Assembly: GCA_039621445.1 (NCBI GenBank)
Contig: CP154954.1
Coordinates: 26,238,954-26,302,953, forward strand
Direction of reading: 5' to 3'
DNA: 64,000 nucleotides
From: Euglena gracilis
Taxonomy: Eukaryota
In this document: in pieces, positions 49,484-62,284 of the stretch
Numbering within the stretch: the stretch's first letter is position 1
How the letters are laid out: each line of letters begins with the position of its first letter
Made by a program: the position numbers and the translations under genes
The notes under the pieces: generated by a model
Databases searched by the model: none
What the model was told of the DNA's origin: nothing
The model's input: the letters and a program-made list of their open reading frames with translations, nothing else

Positions 49484-51763
49484 GTTTCGGGCGCTGCAAA
49501 TCCTTCCGTTGTCCTGTTGCGCCAGTTAAGTGAAAGAACGTCAACGCCATTTCGAATCCCACTTCCCTGCGATGGGTACTATGGGTCTCCAAATGAACAT
49601 CTCTAATTCACCTTGCGGCGCTTAATGCACATGCCCATCTCCTTCTCGTGGTACCAGGACTGAAGAAAATGGTGTTCGTCTTTTGCCCCCTCCAAATAAG
49701 TGTCGACCTTGCCTCAGGTGTCGGATGCATTGTGTCGGAAGAAAAATCAGGTCGTCCCTTCAGTCGGAATGGACCTCACCCCTGAACCAGCCTTAGGCAG
49801 TGGATCTCGGATCACCACGCCGTATGAAATCAACGGCCTGGCCTATCTGTGTGAGCCATTTGCGCATCTCCATGATTTGTGTGGGGGTGAGTAAAAGTCT
49901 TTGGGGAAACTTTTAATTTTTGTTCATTTTACAAGTCACGTCCATTGAGTGAATGGAGCAAGTTTTTGACCCTTGCCAGCATTTAAAATTTGTTGTGTTC
50001 CTGTGCCCTTTTGCGCAAAGGAATTCCTGTTTCACGTTTCATGTGGATTTGTACAATTTTTCGGGGGTCAGGCCCAGGGGAAAGGCCGAAATTTGATGTT
50101 TTTGACCCTCCGAAACATGGTGCAGAGTTCTTGTTTCCTGAAGTTGATATCTGGGAAACAATGGATTCCGCAAAATTACCCCCAAACCCCTGATTCCATT
50201 GCCTGTCTGACAACTACCAGTGCCAGGTGGTATGGAGGCCGAGTGAAAGGTCCACCCTTTTGCTTGCTTTTTGTTTGCCATGCAGCACAGTGTGGGGGTT
50301 TTTTGAAGTTTGTTGTTATGAGAGGAGTTTGTTTTGCAGGTTGAAGCAGAATGTTAGAGAACTCTAAAAATTCTGGTTACCAGTTCAGCTCTGTGCAGGT
50401 CAGCCACATCGACCCATTTACACTGAGACTCTGTGAGACTCACACAGCAGCAATAAACAGGGTTCTTTTGCACAAATGCACAAAGGAACCGTTTCAAAAC
50501 CAACAACAACCTCCTATGCCTGCCTTTTGGAGCTGTAAAATAATTCCCTCTCCTGTGTTCCGATGGTGCTGGGCCCCTTCCCCATGAACATTGCTGTGTT
50601 CCCCAAATGCTTCCTTTGTGTGCAATTGCGCATAGGAGCAGTTCATTTGTGAATTTTCTTGGGGCAAGTGTTCCAAAGTTAATTTCATTGTTTCAATCCT
50701 TAACAGGGTGGACTTCTGAGACAGGAGGACAGTGGAAACACCGCGTCCACAAAATGGAGATGTTTGCACAGCATATCTGTGTTTGCCAAAAAAGCATGCC
50801 AACATATTGCATCATATGCCCCCCTAAGCGCAATTTTTTTTTTCAGTCAGCAAAAGATCCCATTCGCAGGCAATGTACTGCACCTCACTTTTCGAAAAAC
50901 TACCAGGGATAAAGGGCACCTTTCAACTCATTTTTTCGAGAGTAAAACCTCAGGTTCCGTTTATTTTGACGCTTCAGGGTCAGAAATGGTTTTTCACAGG
51001 CTCAACTGCAGAAGCCCAAATTTGGTCCCAGAAGACAGGTAGGTCCTTTGCCATATTCAATTTCCATTAAATCAACGTGTTGATGTATTCGCATAATTGC
51101 AGAAAATTATATCACACAATATTCTGATTCCTATTCCAAACTGGTGTCGCACAATATTCTTTTGCACAAATGCGAAAAGGAAGCATTTGCTCAAGTGCAG
51201 AAACTGTCCGTTCCGGCCTTCCAGCAGCTGCACAAACCGTTGTGGCAGTTACAGTGGTTCCTGTGCGCATTTGCGCAAGTGGTTCTTTTTTTTGCAAAGT
51301 AACCAACAATTTTTTCTCGGAAGTCAAAGTGTATGCATTGTGAAGGCCTGGTCTCACCTCCCCAAATCGTTCCAGAGCATCCTGAGTTGATGAGGCAGCC
51401 GTTCGAAGGTTCCCGAACACACATGCAAGGTGTTCATGCCCTGTATTCTGTGGGGACACCTGCTCCAAGGTACCCTAATGTTCAAAGTCCTTGCATTTCC
51501 CCTGCGGTCCTGGGTTACCTGACCACATCCCAACAACGTTTTACGGGCATGGGCGCCACCTTCTAGGACTTTCAAAAAGTGGCCCCCATCATCACTTGCA
51601 ATTTGGGTGTGCATGTCAAAATTCATGCTACCCTGTCAAAGATCTACTCATTTGTACCAGTGTGAGTTTGAGCGGAACAAATTACACAAATCAAAGCGCT
51701 CTATCGGTGCACATCAACGACCATTGTGGCCAAAACTTAGGCAGTTTGCAGCACCCAAATTCC

Positions 51764-51982
51764 GGCACGCCCACCGACACACCGTCCGCCACACCGTCCG
51801 GCACCCCCACCGGTACCCCCTCGGCGACCCCCTCCGGCACCCCCACCGGCACGCCGTCGGCGACACCAACGGGCACGCCCTCAGCAACTCCCACTGGCAC
51901 GCCCACCACCACACCCTCGGCGACGCCCACCGGAACCCCAACTGCCACGCCATCAGGCACGCCCACAGCCACCCCTTCAGCC
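51764..51982 (+). CDS. Mucin-like protein exon 14
   Basis: TTTGCAGCACCCAAattcc|G; ends C|GCCCAGGACGGAGC. Confidence 0.8.
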
Positions 51983-52226
51983 GCCCAGGACGGAGCCCCA
52001 TCGATGTGCGCTGTATTTTTTTTTGATTCCCAAAATCCTCTGTCCCGTCAAGTCTGTCCCGTCAAAGCCCAAACAGTAGCGGCCAGGGGTTCTGGTTCTG
52101 GCAGGGGTTCAGATCCCCCTGCTGAGCGCATTCACCTGCCCCATGTCAACAGCACATTCCAGTTGGAGGTTTTTCCCCGTCGAAGTGCTGTGACGAGAAC
52201 TATTTTGACACGTTCTCTGTGCCAAC

Positions 52227-52633
52227 CAGGCTTCTGCTTAAGTACTCCCCCGGGGGGGCTGGACTGCAGCTAGTCCAAATTTGGCTAGTGGGATTTCTAG
52301 CAGACCCCCCCCCCTAGCAAGTGAATTTTTTTTTCCAGTCTGCCAGTGACTGGCGCAAAGCGCCGGATTTTTTTGGGGGGGACCCCCAAAATGGCCAAAA
52401 AATGCCCGTTTTTTGGCCATTTTTGGGAATTTTTGGAACAAAATCAGCCAAAAACCTATTAAAAGCCTCATTTCCACCTCGGCGCACAGCGCAGGAGGAA
52501 ATTTTATTTCCAGTTGGGGGACCCCGGACCCCCCCCTCCCCCAGGGGGGAGGGGGGTCTAGCTAGTCCACTTTTTCTAGCTAGTCCAAATTTCCAGCCAG
52601 TGGACCCCCCCCGGGTCCTTGAGCAAAAGCCTG
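52227..52633. mobile_element. hAT-like MITE family B, intact
   Basis: TIR CAGGCTTCTGCTTAAG / CTTGAGCAAAAGCCTG; 8-bp TSD GTGCCAAC at 52219-52226 and 52634-52641. Confidence 0.9.
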
Positions 52634-52979
52634 GTGCCAACGGTGCAGCCTTGAAGCAAGGGGGTAAAGCCACAGTGCACAAGGCGCTGCATCCTAACCC
52701 CGAAGGAGTCCACTCCTAAAAAATACCATACCCCCCCTTGCTTCGGCTGCCCGAATGCTGTACCCCTCCATCAACTTAAAATCAAGTGCACAAAGCACAG
52801 AAATTATGTTTAAATGTACGTTTTGGGGGAGGGGTGTATTTTCGAGTGTGAAAAATATGCCCAAGTAATATTCCCCTCCAGCCCCTGACATCGGATACCC
52901 AAATAGTATTCCCAGGTATTTATTTATTTATATTTTGCTTGGGGTTTTGTTTCCAATCCCGCGCTCTGCTTCTGCCCCC

Positions 52980-53195
52980 ACCCCAACTGGCACGCCCACC
53001 GGCACACCGTCTGGCACCCCCACCAGCACCCCCTCGGCGACACCCTCCGGCACTCCCACTGCCACGCCGTCGGCAACACCAACCGGCACCCCCTCCGCAA
53101 CGCCATCCAACACGCCCACTAGCACACCTTCCGCAACACCCACTGGCACCCCATCCACCACCCCATCCGGGACACCCACGGATACCCCTTCGGCT
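52980..53195 (+). CDS. Mucin-like protein exon 15
   Basis: GCTCTGCTTCTGccccc|A; ends T|GCCCAGAAAGGAGCC. Confidence 0.8.
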
Positions 53196-54387
53196 GCCCA
53201 GAAAGGAGCCGGTGTTTAGGGGGGGTCCACTTCAGGGGGGGGGGGGTTCTATCCATATTGGTATTTCGTGGTTCGGGGGTTCTATCTATATTGGTATATA
53301 ATGGTATTTCGTTAAAAAAAACGATATTTTCACCCCCTCTTAGGGTCATATGAAATTTTTTCTGTTTCTGTGGCGTATGAATGTGGAAGAAATTGTTCTT
53401 TGAAGAGGTCACAATCTCATGCACCCCCCCCACTGGTAATGGTTTACCAAGAAATAGGTTTTGGTTGGGGGATGGGGGAGCCGTTGACCAGTTATATGAC
53501 AGTTTCGGGGGGGGGGCTAAATATGCAGACCTCGGTGGTTGTTTTCTTTTACAAAGGGTTTCTCGCAGATTTCAGTGTCTCAGCGTTTCGGTCTCTCATG
53601 GATCGCACCCTGCAGCCAGCTGACGACTTAGCCTGAATGCACACCTGTGGTCCCGGCCGCAGGTCACACCACTCCAGTGCAACCATACAGACCCCCCCCC
53701 CCAAGAGTGCGTCAGAGGCGGCCAAATTTTTTTCAGATTTGGTGAATTTTTCGAACATATTCCATATTCCATTTGCTCTGATTTGGAATCGGTAGAAATT
53801 TACTCCAGCAAAGCTTCAAAATCTATGATAAATAATATCTCATACAAGTTCACACAGAACCCTCCCCCGAGGGTTTTGGAATCATAAACAAGAAAGTGTT
53901 GAAGGTAAAGTACACAGAACTTTTAGAGTAGGCAGTGCTAACCTCATAACAATTTAGCAGACTGGAACAGCGGGAGCACTGGAAGTTGATCAGTGGGAGA
54001 AGAAAAAATGATAGATGGTCGAGCACATGCAGTTCACCAAATATTTCAAATAAATGAAGAAAATCCTGGGAGCCTAATGGGAGGGACCTGGGAAAAGGGA
54101 TCTGGGAGCAGGATGAGAGGTTGGACCTGAAGGGTACCCAAAGAAGAACTCGCCAGTTACCCGTTCGCTACCCCCCCCCTCCCCTAAAGCAATCCCAAAA
54201 TGGTAATTTTCCCCCTGGCCTTGAACTCCAGTTCGAGCGCTGAAATGGGTCGAGAAATTCTACCCAAGCAACAACAGAAGGAAAATAGCGCACCCCGTGC
54301 ATTTCCACTGGATTCACATACTTTGTGGATTTTTTCCCCGCCAACACCAGCAAACATGTCAGCCGTTATGGCTCTGCTTCTGCCTCC

Positions 54388-54759
54388 ACCCCAACTGGCA
54401 CGCCCTCCGCCACACCGTCCGCGACGCCAACCGGCACACCCTCCGCCACGCCGTCCGGCACCCCCACCACCACCCCATCCGCCACCCCAACCGCCACTCC
54501 AACCGCCACCCCTTCCGGCACGCCCACCACCACCCCATCCGCCACGCCCACCGGCACGCCTTCCGCCACACCGTCCGCCACGCCCACCGCCACACCGTCC
54601 GTGACGCCCTCCGGCACACCAACAACGACGCCCTCGGCCACTCCGACAGGCACGCCCTCCGCGACGCCGTCTGGCACCCCCACCAGCACACCGTCGGCGA
54701 CGCCCACCGGCACACCGTCCGCCACGCCAAGTGGGACCCCAACTGCCACCCCTTCAGCT
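54388..54759 (+). CDS. Mucin-like protein exon 16
   Basis: GGCTCTGCTTCTGcctcc|A; 372 nt; ends T|GCCCAGGACGGAGC. Confidence 0.8.
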
Positions 54760-55202
54760 GCCCAGGACGGAGCCCTATTGCTGTGTCGTATCCTCCCCCG
54801 CTCGGCGGATTGATATCCGCAAATTTCCCACAATTTCTGCAATTTTCCGCAATTTGCGCGATTTTCCGCAATTTCCCTGCAATTTCCACAAATTTTCTGC
54901 AATTTTCCCGCATTTTCCCCCCTTTCTGCAGTTTTCTTTGCATGAACCTGAAATGCAAAGGTAAAATGAGTTCCGGTCACTTCTCGAGCGTTTCATAAGG
55001 GCATCCAGGTGCTTTTTTTGCTTACCTCCCTCAAATAATACCCCCCCGGGTATTATTTTTTTTCGCCCGAAGTCCCGGCCCGAGGGGGTATTATTTGGGG
55101 GGTAATGGCACCCCAGAATTTTCCAAATCTTTGAAGCCCCGCAGGACCCAAAATAGTACCCAAAACCCCCTTTGGGGTCTTTTTTTTTCTTCTTCACTTT
55201 TT

Positions 55203-56373
55203 CATGAAATTTGGCATTTTTGGCGGCCAGACGATCCAGAAAAATAAATTTTTTCGTAATTTGTTGTCAGAGATTGTGATTCTTGGGTCGTTGGCCCGAA
55301 ATTGGGGGGGGTATTAATTCGGTCCCCGAAATCGGACCCCGAGGGGGGGGGTTGGGGGGGGTGCTATTGGGGGGAGTGTTTATTTTGCTGCATGCTTGCC
55401 AAAATTTGCCAAATTTTGCAAATTTTGAACAAATTTTGGCAAATTTTTGGCCTGTTTGTAGTTTTCCCCGAGTTCTGCTGGGAAATAATTTCGGACTGAG
55501 AAAATTTTAAATCCTGACCATATTCTACCTGATAACAAAGTTCTTGTCATTTTTTTTGCCATTTTTGGATGCTTCATCCAAGGAATTCCATATTTCCAGA
55601 ATCAGCATGTTCCCAAAATTACAAAAATTCATTTTCTTTTTTTCTTTTTGTTGGAATGAATGTGAATAACGGCTCAAAATTTACATCTATGTTGCAAAAT
55701 GGCCAAATTTGTGCAATTTTTTGAAGTCCCTTCCAGAGGAAGTGTGCCAACCCCCAAACCTGCAACTCCCGCAGTTTTTGCACAATTTTCCCACAGTTCT
55801 TCCGAAGACCTTTCATATCAATTCCCTCCCTGCTCCCTGCCAATTCCTCCGTTGGGGAAATCACTGAACTTATTTCCCTTGGTTTTAAACCTGCTTTTTT
55901 CCCTTTGGGCAGATGGCAAGTTGAATAATCATTTTGGTTGTTTGGTGGGCCGACCAGTCAGGCTTTGGGAAACCCCCAAACATAAGCGGCACCCTTAAAC
56001 TACCCTCCTCCCCCCTCTATGTCCAACAACCCCCCAATGTCGAACGACCCCCCCCCGGTTGAAGGACACTTTCTTCGGAGGTTTGGCCTGGTGCTGAGCG
56101 CCGGGCCGAAAAATTTTGTACCCAAAATCGGCCAAAAATCGGCCAAATGCCAATTTTTGTACTTTTTTTTGAGCAAAACAATATCAAATTGCCCAAATTT
56201 TTGGCGCAAAGCACAGGGCGTAAAGAAAAGATTGACCTTATTTGGGTCCCGGGAGCCCTCCAACCTTTTTTTTAGACCCTTTTAGACCCCCCAAATGCAA
56301 CTCAACCCACACGGTGTGTTTCGTTTCTTCGCTGTTTATATTTAGTATTATATGGTATATATAGTATTGTGTG

Positions 56374-56420
<47 letters not shown>

Positions 56421-59400
56421 TATTCACACACACATATTCACAGGCCGTATGTTTGGGATGTGTATTCCCTGGGGACGATTGTATCATTTCTTACCCTCCC
56501 TGCAGTTCCTTTCAAGTCACACCACCTTAAGAGCTCTGACTTAGGCGGCGCGAATTGCCCAAATTTTTTGCGATTTTTTGCACGCTTGGGGTGCGCGGGT
56601 TTCCGTTTACGAAACTCACTGTTATGTGCTCGAAATTTTGAGAGGATGGCACCAGCACAAAAATTTGGGTCGTTTTGAGTCCATTTTAGGCATTTTGACA
56701 AAGTGGCGATTTTGAGAATTTATGGTCGTTTTAGGGGGGGTTTTGGAAAACCCCCCTGGAACGCCCTGAAATTTTGAAAAACAGAAAACAGCCGGAGAAC
56801 ACCTGGCCACTGGAGCCCCGGTTGTTTGGCGATGTTGCTGGACCCCCCCCCCTCTGGAGGGGGGGTGACACAGTGTGGCAGGTGAAGAAGAGGCAACCGC
56901 TTAAGCAACCCGCGCATTTTTGAACCTCTCGTGAGTGCCGATGTCCAGTGACGGGGGAGGTGAACACACAGCACTGCCCAACAGATGCTACAATTTCTTG
57001 GAAGAGATGTTTTAAGCGGTAAATCGCGCAAAATGAGTTTTTGTGATGAAGAGATGCTGGCCTAACGGAGGGGACTGGACTGGGAATAACGTTAAAAACG
57101 AGTTACAACGGTTTACTGTGTACAGAAGTGATGATTCCTCAGGCGGAAACCCGCGCAGAAGGGTTTGAGAAAGAGAACAGTTCGTGTTTGTGGATGACAC
57201 GAGGGAGCGGGAAGTGGGAACGCGCAGAAACCTCCAGAAGTGGGTCATCACGTGAAGTTGTTAATGAACAGGTTTGGGGGAGCGGGAGGGGATTTTGGGT
57301 CGTTATTGAACGATGGCAGTGCGCGGTTATCCGCCTACTTCGTTTTTAGTTTGCGCGGGTTTCCGCACAGATGAGGTTTGGGCGGAAACCCGCGTGGAGC
57401 TTGTTGCTGTCCTGATGGGTTGTGTTTTGTGATGTTTTGGTGTCCCAAAGTGTCGGTGTCAGTGGTGACGTGTGGCGACATCGTTTTTGACAGTTGGGCG
57501 GGACAGGTTGAAAGGGAGCTGTGGCTGCTGCGCCGTGACAGCAAGCAACCGAGCAGGCGGAAACCCGCCTGGCATTTGAGCAGGAGGTGGACACCCTCCT
57601 CTGCAATTCGGACGCAGTAATGTTCCCCCTGGCCAGTGGTGAAGGGGTGGCTGCAGGGACAGCAGTGGAACGCACGTGTCAGTTGCCAGGCCGGGTGAGC
57701 TGCGGTAGAGAAGATGTTTTGTTACCGTCCCGAAAAACGGCCAAAAAACTGAGGTTGATTTCTCAGGAGGAACAAAAGCACCTCCCAGAGCCCTCCTCCT
57801 GGAACCCAACGGTCTTGGTGGCCCAAAATCAGGGTTTGGGGAAGGCTGACGAAGAAGTGATTCAAGATATGGACGGAGAAACTCCTGTTTCAGCAGTTGG
57901 TGGCAGCAGTCGAACAATTTCGGGGGGTTTTCGGAAGAAGTCCTCCAGGTTCTGAGAAAATCAAGGCCTTTTCAATTGTTTTTTGAAACAGTGTTACAGC
58001 ATTTTTCCTTTGAAAAGCCGCAGTTTTTGCTGAATTTCAGGCAAAATGCCCAAACCACCTCTTTTTTTCTGGCTCTTCTTCCTTTGGGGTCGGCAACATG
58101 CCTCCGGAGGAGGGAACGGTGGTCTCCACCGTCAGAAGCCGTGTGGGAGGGGGATAAACCAGAAGGCGGTCGTTCTCAACCAACGCCGGGTCAATGTTTG
58201 ACCCGGTGCATCTGGCTTCCATCCATGTAACCACCCTCAGCACAAGTGTGTCCGGTCTTTCTGGAGACCACCCCTGCTCTGAGTGCCCAAGTTTAAGGGC
58301 TGGCCGTCTCTCCTCGGTTGGTCAACCCCTGCTGGCGCAATCTCCTCTCCCTGGTTTCCGTAAACCTCCACCCCTCAAACTCACTACAACACGCCAGACA
58401 CCATTCAGTTACAAACTGCCTGGCGACCTGGCAACAAAGTCTGTCGTCCGTGTCCTCCGCAAAGATTCACGCCTGTGACTGGTGTCACAAGTAGGGTTGC
58501 AAAACTTTGCCAACAAACCAGCACAGTTTATTTCTAGGGTGGTTTCCATCTTCCACCCCCATCCCATCGTCCACAAATGCTTTGCTTTTTCTGCTCACCC
58601 TTAACCCGGCCACACGGATTCCCGCTTACACCCAGTCGCCTTACACTCACCACGTATACACACATACCAGGCGGATTCCCTCCCACCAGTCATCAACTGT
58701 TTGTGTTATTGTACGCGGTAATCCGCCATGCTTTGTTCTCACTTTTAGGCGGTAATCCGCGTTACAAGTTCAATCTACGCGGATATCCGCCTAACATTTA
58801 ACTCCGTCGTCTGACACCTCTTCTTTCGTTTTACGCGGTTATCCGCACACACTTGCAATGTTCATTCGTCTCTCAAATACTGTTATTAACGTAAACCATG
58901 GACACACAGCCCCATGTCACACCCATTCAAAGTTGGTGTTTTTCCAGCCATTTCAAACCGTTCTAGTACACTCCCAAATCACACAACTCACACACAATCG
59001 GAAATCGGCTAAGCGGAATACCGCGCAAAACCACTTCTGTTAAATTTTGGCCCAAAGCCGCCACACACCCCTCTCAGCTCAAATCTTTTTGCCCTTTTAG
59101 GTGTTTTTAAAACAGCCAAAAAAAACGCATGAAATTTGGCATTTTTGGCGGCCAGACGATCCAGAAAAATATTTTTTTTCGTAATTTGTTGTCAGAGATT
59201 GTGATTCTTGGGTCGTTGGCCCGAAATTGGGGGGGGGGGTATTAATTCGGTCCCCGAAATCGGACCCCGAGGGGGGGTTGGGGGGGGGGTGCTATTGGGG
59301 GGAGTGTTTATTTTGTTGCATGCTTGCCAAAATTTGCCAAATTTTGCAAATTTTGAACAAATTTTGGCAAATTTTTGGCCTGTTTGTAGTGTTTTCCCCG

Positions 59401-60441
59401 AGTTCTGCTGGGAAATAATTTCGGACTGAGAAAATTTTTCATCCTGACCATAGTCTACCTGATAACAAAGTTTTTGTCATTTTTTTTTGCCATTTTTGGA
59501 TGCTTCATCCAAGGAATTCCATATTTCCAGAATCAGCATGTTCCCAAAATTACAAAAACTCATTTTCTTGGACCTTTTTGTTGGAAAGAATGTGAATAAC
59601 GGCTCAAAATTTACATCTATGTTGCAAAATGGCCAAATTTGTGCAATTGTTTGAAGTCCCTTCCAGAGGAAGTGTGCCAACCCCCAAACCTGCAACTCCC
59701 GCAGTTTTTGCACAATTTTCCCACAGTTCTTCCGAAGACCTTTCATATCAATTCCCTCCCTGCTCCCTGCCAATTCCTCCGTTGGGGAAATCACTCAACT
59801 TACTTCCCTTGGTTTTAAGCCTGCCTTTTTCCCTTCGGGCAGATGGCAAGTTGAATAATCATTTTGGTTGTTTGGTGGGCCGACCAGTCAGGCTTTGGGA
59901 AACCCCCAAACATAAGCGGCACCCTTAAACTACCCTCCTCCCCCCTCTATGTCCAACAACCCCCCAATGTCGAACGCCCCCCCCCCCCCCGGTTGAAGGA
60001 CACTTTCTTCGGAGGTTTGGCCTGGTGCTGAGCGCCGGGCCGAAAATTTTTGTACCCAAAATCGGCCAAAAATCGGCCAGATGCCAATTTTTGTACTTTT
60101 TTTTGAGCAAAACAATATCAAATTGCCCAAATTTTTGGCGCAAAGCACAGGGCATAAAGAAAAGATTGACCTTATTTGGGTCCCGGGTGCCCTCCAACCT
60201 TTTTTTTTTTTAGACCTTTTTAGACCCCCCACATGCAACTCAACCCACGGTGTGTTTCGTTTCTTCGCTGTTTATATTTAGTATTATATGTTATATATAG
60301 TATTGTATGTTATATATATATATATTCACACACACATATTCACAGGCCGTATGTTTGGGATGTGTATTCCCTGGGGACGATTGTATCATTTCTTACCCTC
60401 CCTGCAGTTCTTTTCAAGTCACACCACCTTAAGAGCTCTGA
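55203..60441. repeat. About 1.33-kb direct repeats (55203-56539 and 59128-60441) flanking a 2.6-kb unique segment
   Basis: Both copies start CATGAAATTTGGCATTTTTGGCGGCCAG and end CACCTTAAGAGCTCTGA; a third copy starts at 63121. Confidence 0.85.
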
Positions 60442-60899
60442 GCGCTGGGGGTGGCAGATGGCCAAAAGGACATTTGTGTAGGGAATTTGGAGAGCGGAAG
60501 ATTCTGCCACTTTTTTTTGTGTGCCTTGGAACCTTGGGGTAACAAGGGGGAACATTCCCATCCCATGAAACTCTGGGGATTCAGAAAAGAAAGGATTGGA
60601 ACTCATTTACACAATTTTCTTTGCGGAATTGCACCAGTGCACCAGTCATCTCGGCGTTCATACATCTTCGTCATTCTTGTGAGTCGATTTTTCGCTTCTC
60701 AGAAATACACTGCATAATCGGGTGACAACGTTCACGTTTTATTCTTTTATAACTTATTGCACATCCTGCATCCATCCATCAAATAAAAGAGTATTGTTTG
60801 CTCACTGCTAAAAAAGAGTTATGGCAACGCCTTCGTCGAACACCTGATTTACATGTCTGACCAACAACACAAAGGTCTGCATGAAAGCTGACCCCAAAC

Positions 60900-61160
60900 C
60901 AGGGATTTTTTTAAGTTTGGACCCCCGGGGGGGGATGGGTCCGCCGGACCCCCTCCCCCCGGGGGGGGGTCCCCCCAGAGGGGGGTGGGATATACTTTTC
61001 GGCGCCGCAGGCGCTGAAAAAATTCTATTTTTAGCACTTTTCGCGATTTTCGGCCATTTTTTTGTGGGTCCCCCTCCCCCCCTCCCCCCCGGGGGGGGCC
61101 TCCCCAGGGGGTGGGTGGGTGGGGGGACCCCCCTCCCCCCCGGTCTTAAAAAAATCCCTG
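60900..61160. mobile_element. hAT-like MITE family C, intact
   Basis: TIR CAGGGATTTTTTTAAG / CTTAAAAAAATCCCTG; 8-bp TSD CCCCAAAC at 60892-60899 and 61161-61168. Confidence 0.9.
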
Positions 61161-62284
61161 CCCCAAACACACAATTTCTGTTGCCATAGTTTAAGGCCTT
61201 TTTTTTGTGTTTCAAAATGCTTGTGTTCAACGTTTTCCCAGAGTGAGCCTGAAGGGAACCTGGCAGTTTCCCATCTGGGAAATTGTCAAGGTCCCTGGTA
61301 CCAGTCAATCTGTCACAGCAGGAAGTTGTCAGGATTTCCGGTGCCATGCATCACTTTAGCCGGAGGACATCCCATCCCCCACCAGGGAGGGGGGGGCTTT
61401 TTCCAGCGTCGAACCGCCCTCCCCCCATTGACGAGTTTTAGCTATTTTCCAGCTGCCAATTTTTTATTTTATTTTTGGGGTGTGGTCAATGGGATAAAAA
61501 TGGGGAGGAGATGGGTCGGAAATGGGCGGGCTAGGATAATTTTCGGTCAAACAATCGACTTCTTGCATAATTGGCAGTTTTTTGGGGGCATTTTTTGCAG
61601 TTTCGATTTTTGGCACCCATGTCGTCGTCCCCGGTTCGGGGCTTGTTTCAGCCCTGTGGGGGGGTGGGTCAGCCAGCAGCCTTTTTTTCCCAACCAGCCC
61701 ATATGTTCCAGCCTCTCAGCTGGACCCCCTGGATGGTTTAGCGACGCCCTGTTCTGGTGTCGTACCAACCTCTCAGCTGACAGCTTCCGGGGGGGGGGGT
61801 GAAATTTGGTTTGCCTTTGTCCCCAGGAGGGGGGGGTTCTTGACCAGATTCCAAGTGGGTGTATTCGTGGGACAGGGCTGCCCCATGAGGTGCCTTCTGG
61901 CCTAGGATAGACCCGCCCACAAGTTCCTTCCCGACTGAGGGGACTCGTCCACTGACTTGGGAACCGCACCTGCTGGGGTCATGGACTGGAGTAACCAGTG
62001 CGTCGTCACGGTGAAGAAGACCCCCCACCCAACTAAAGCGGGGTATGTGCCTGGCAGCCACTTGGTGGACAGCGTCGTAAACGAAGTCAGTCCCGCCAGG
62101 CTCTGGCCACCTCCACGCACACAGACAAAAAGGGCCAGAGGCGAAAAGCAGCGCCAGGCCAGAATAAGAGATAAAAGGCGTCAAACCAAAAGCCGCAGTG
62201 CAGACAAGGGGGGAGATGTTCCTTTGGAGGACATTCTTATCTCAGCTTCCTTTCATCATCTTTTGGAACCCATTTCCATTCAGA

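Noticed and set aside
55203-60441. LTR retrotransposon
   Set aside because: No TG...CA termini, PBS, TSD or gag/pol seen, and the repeat starts inside another element.
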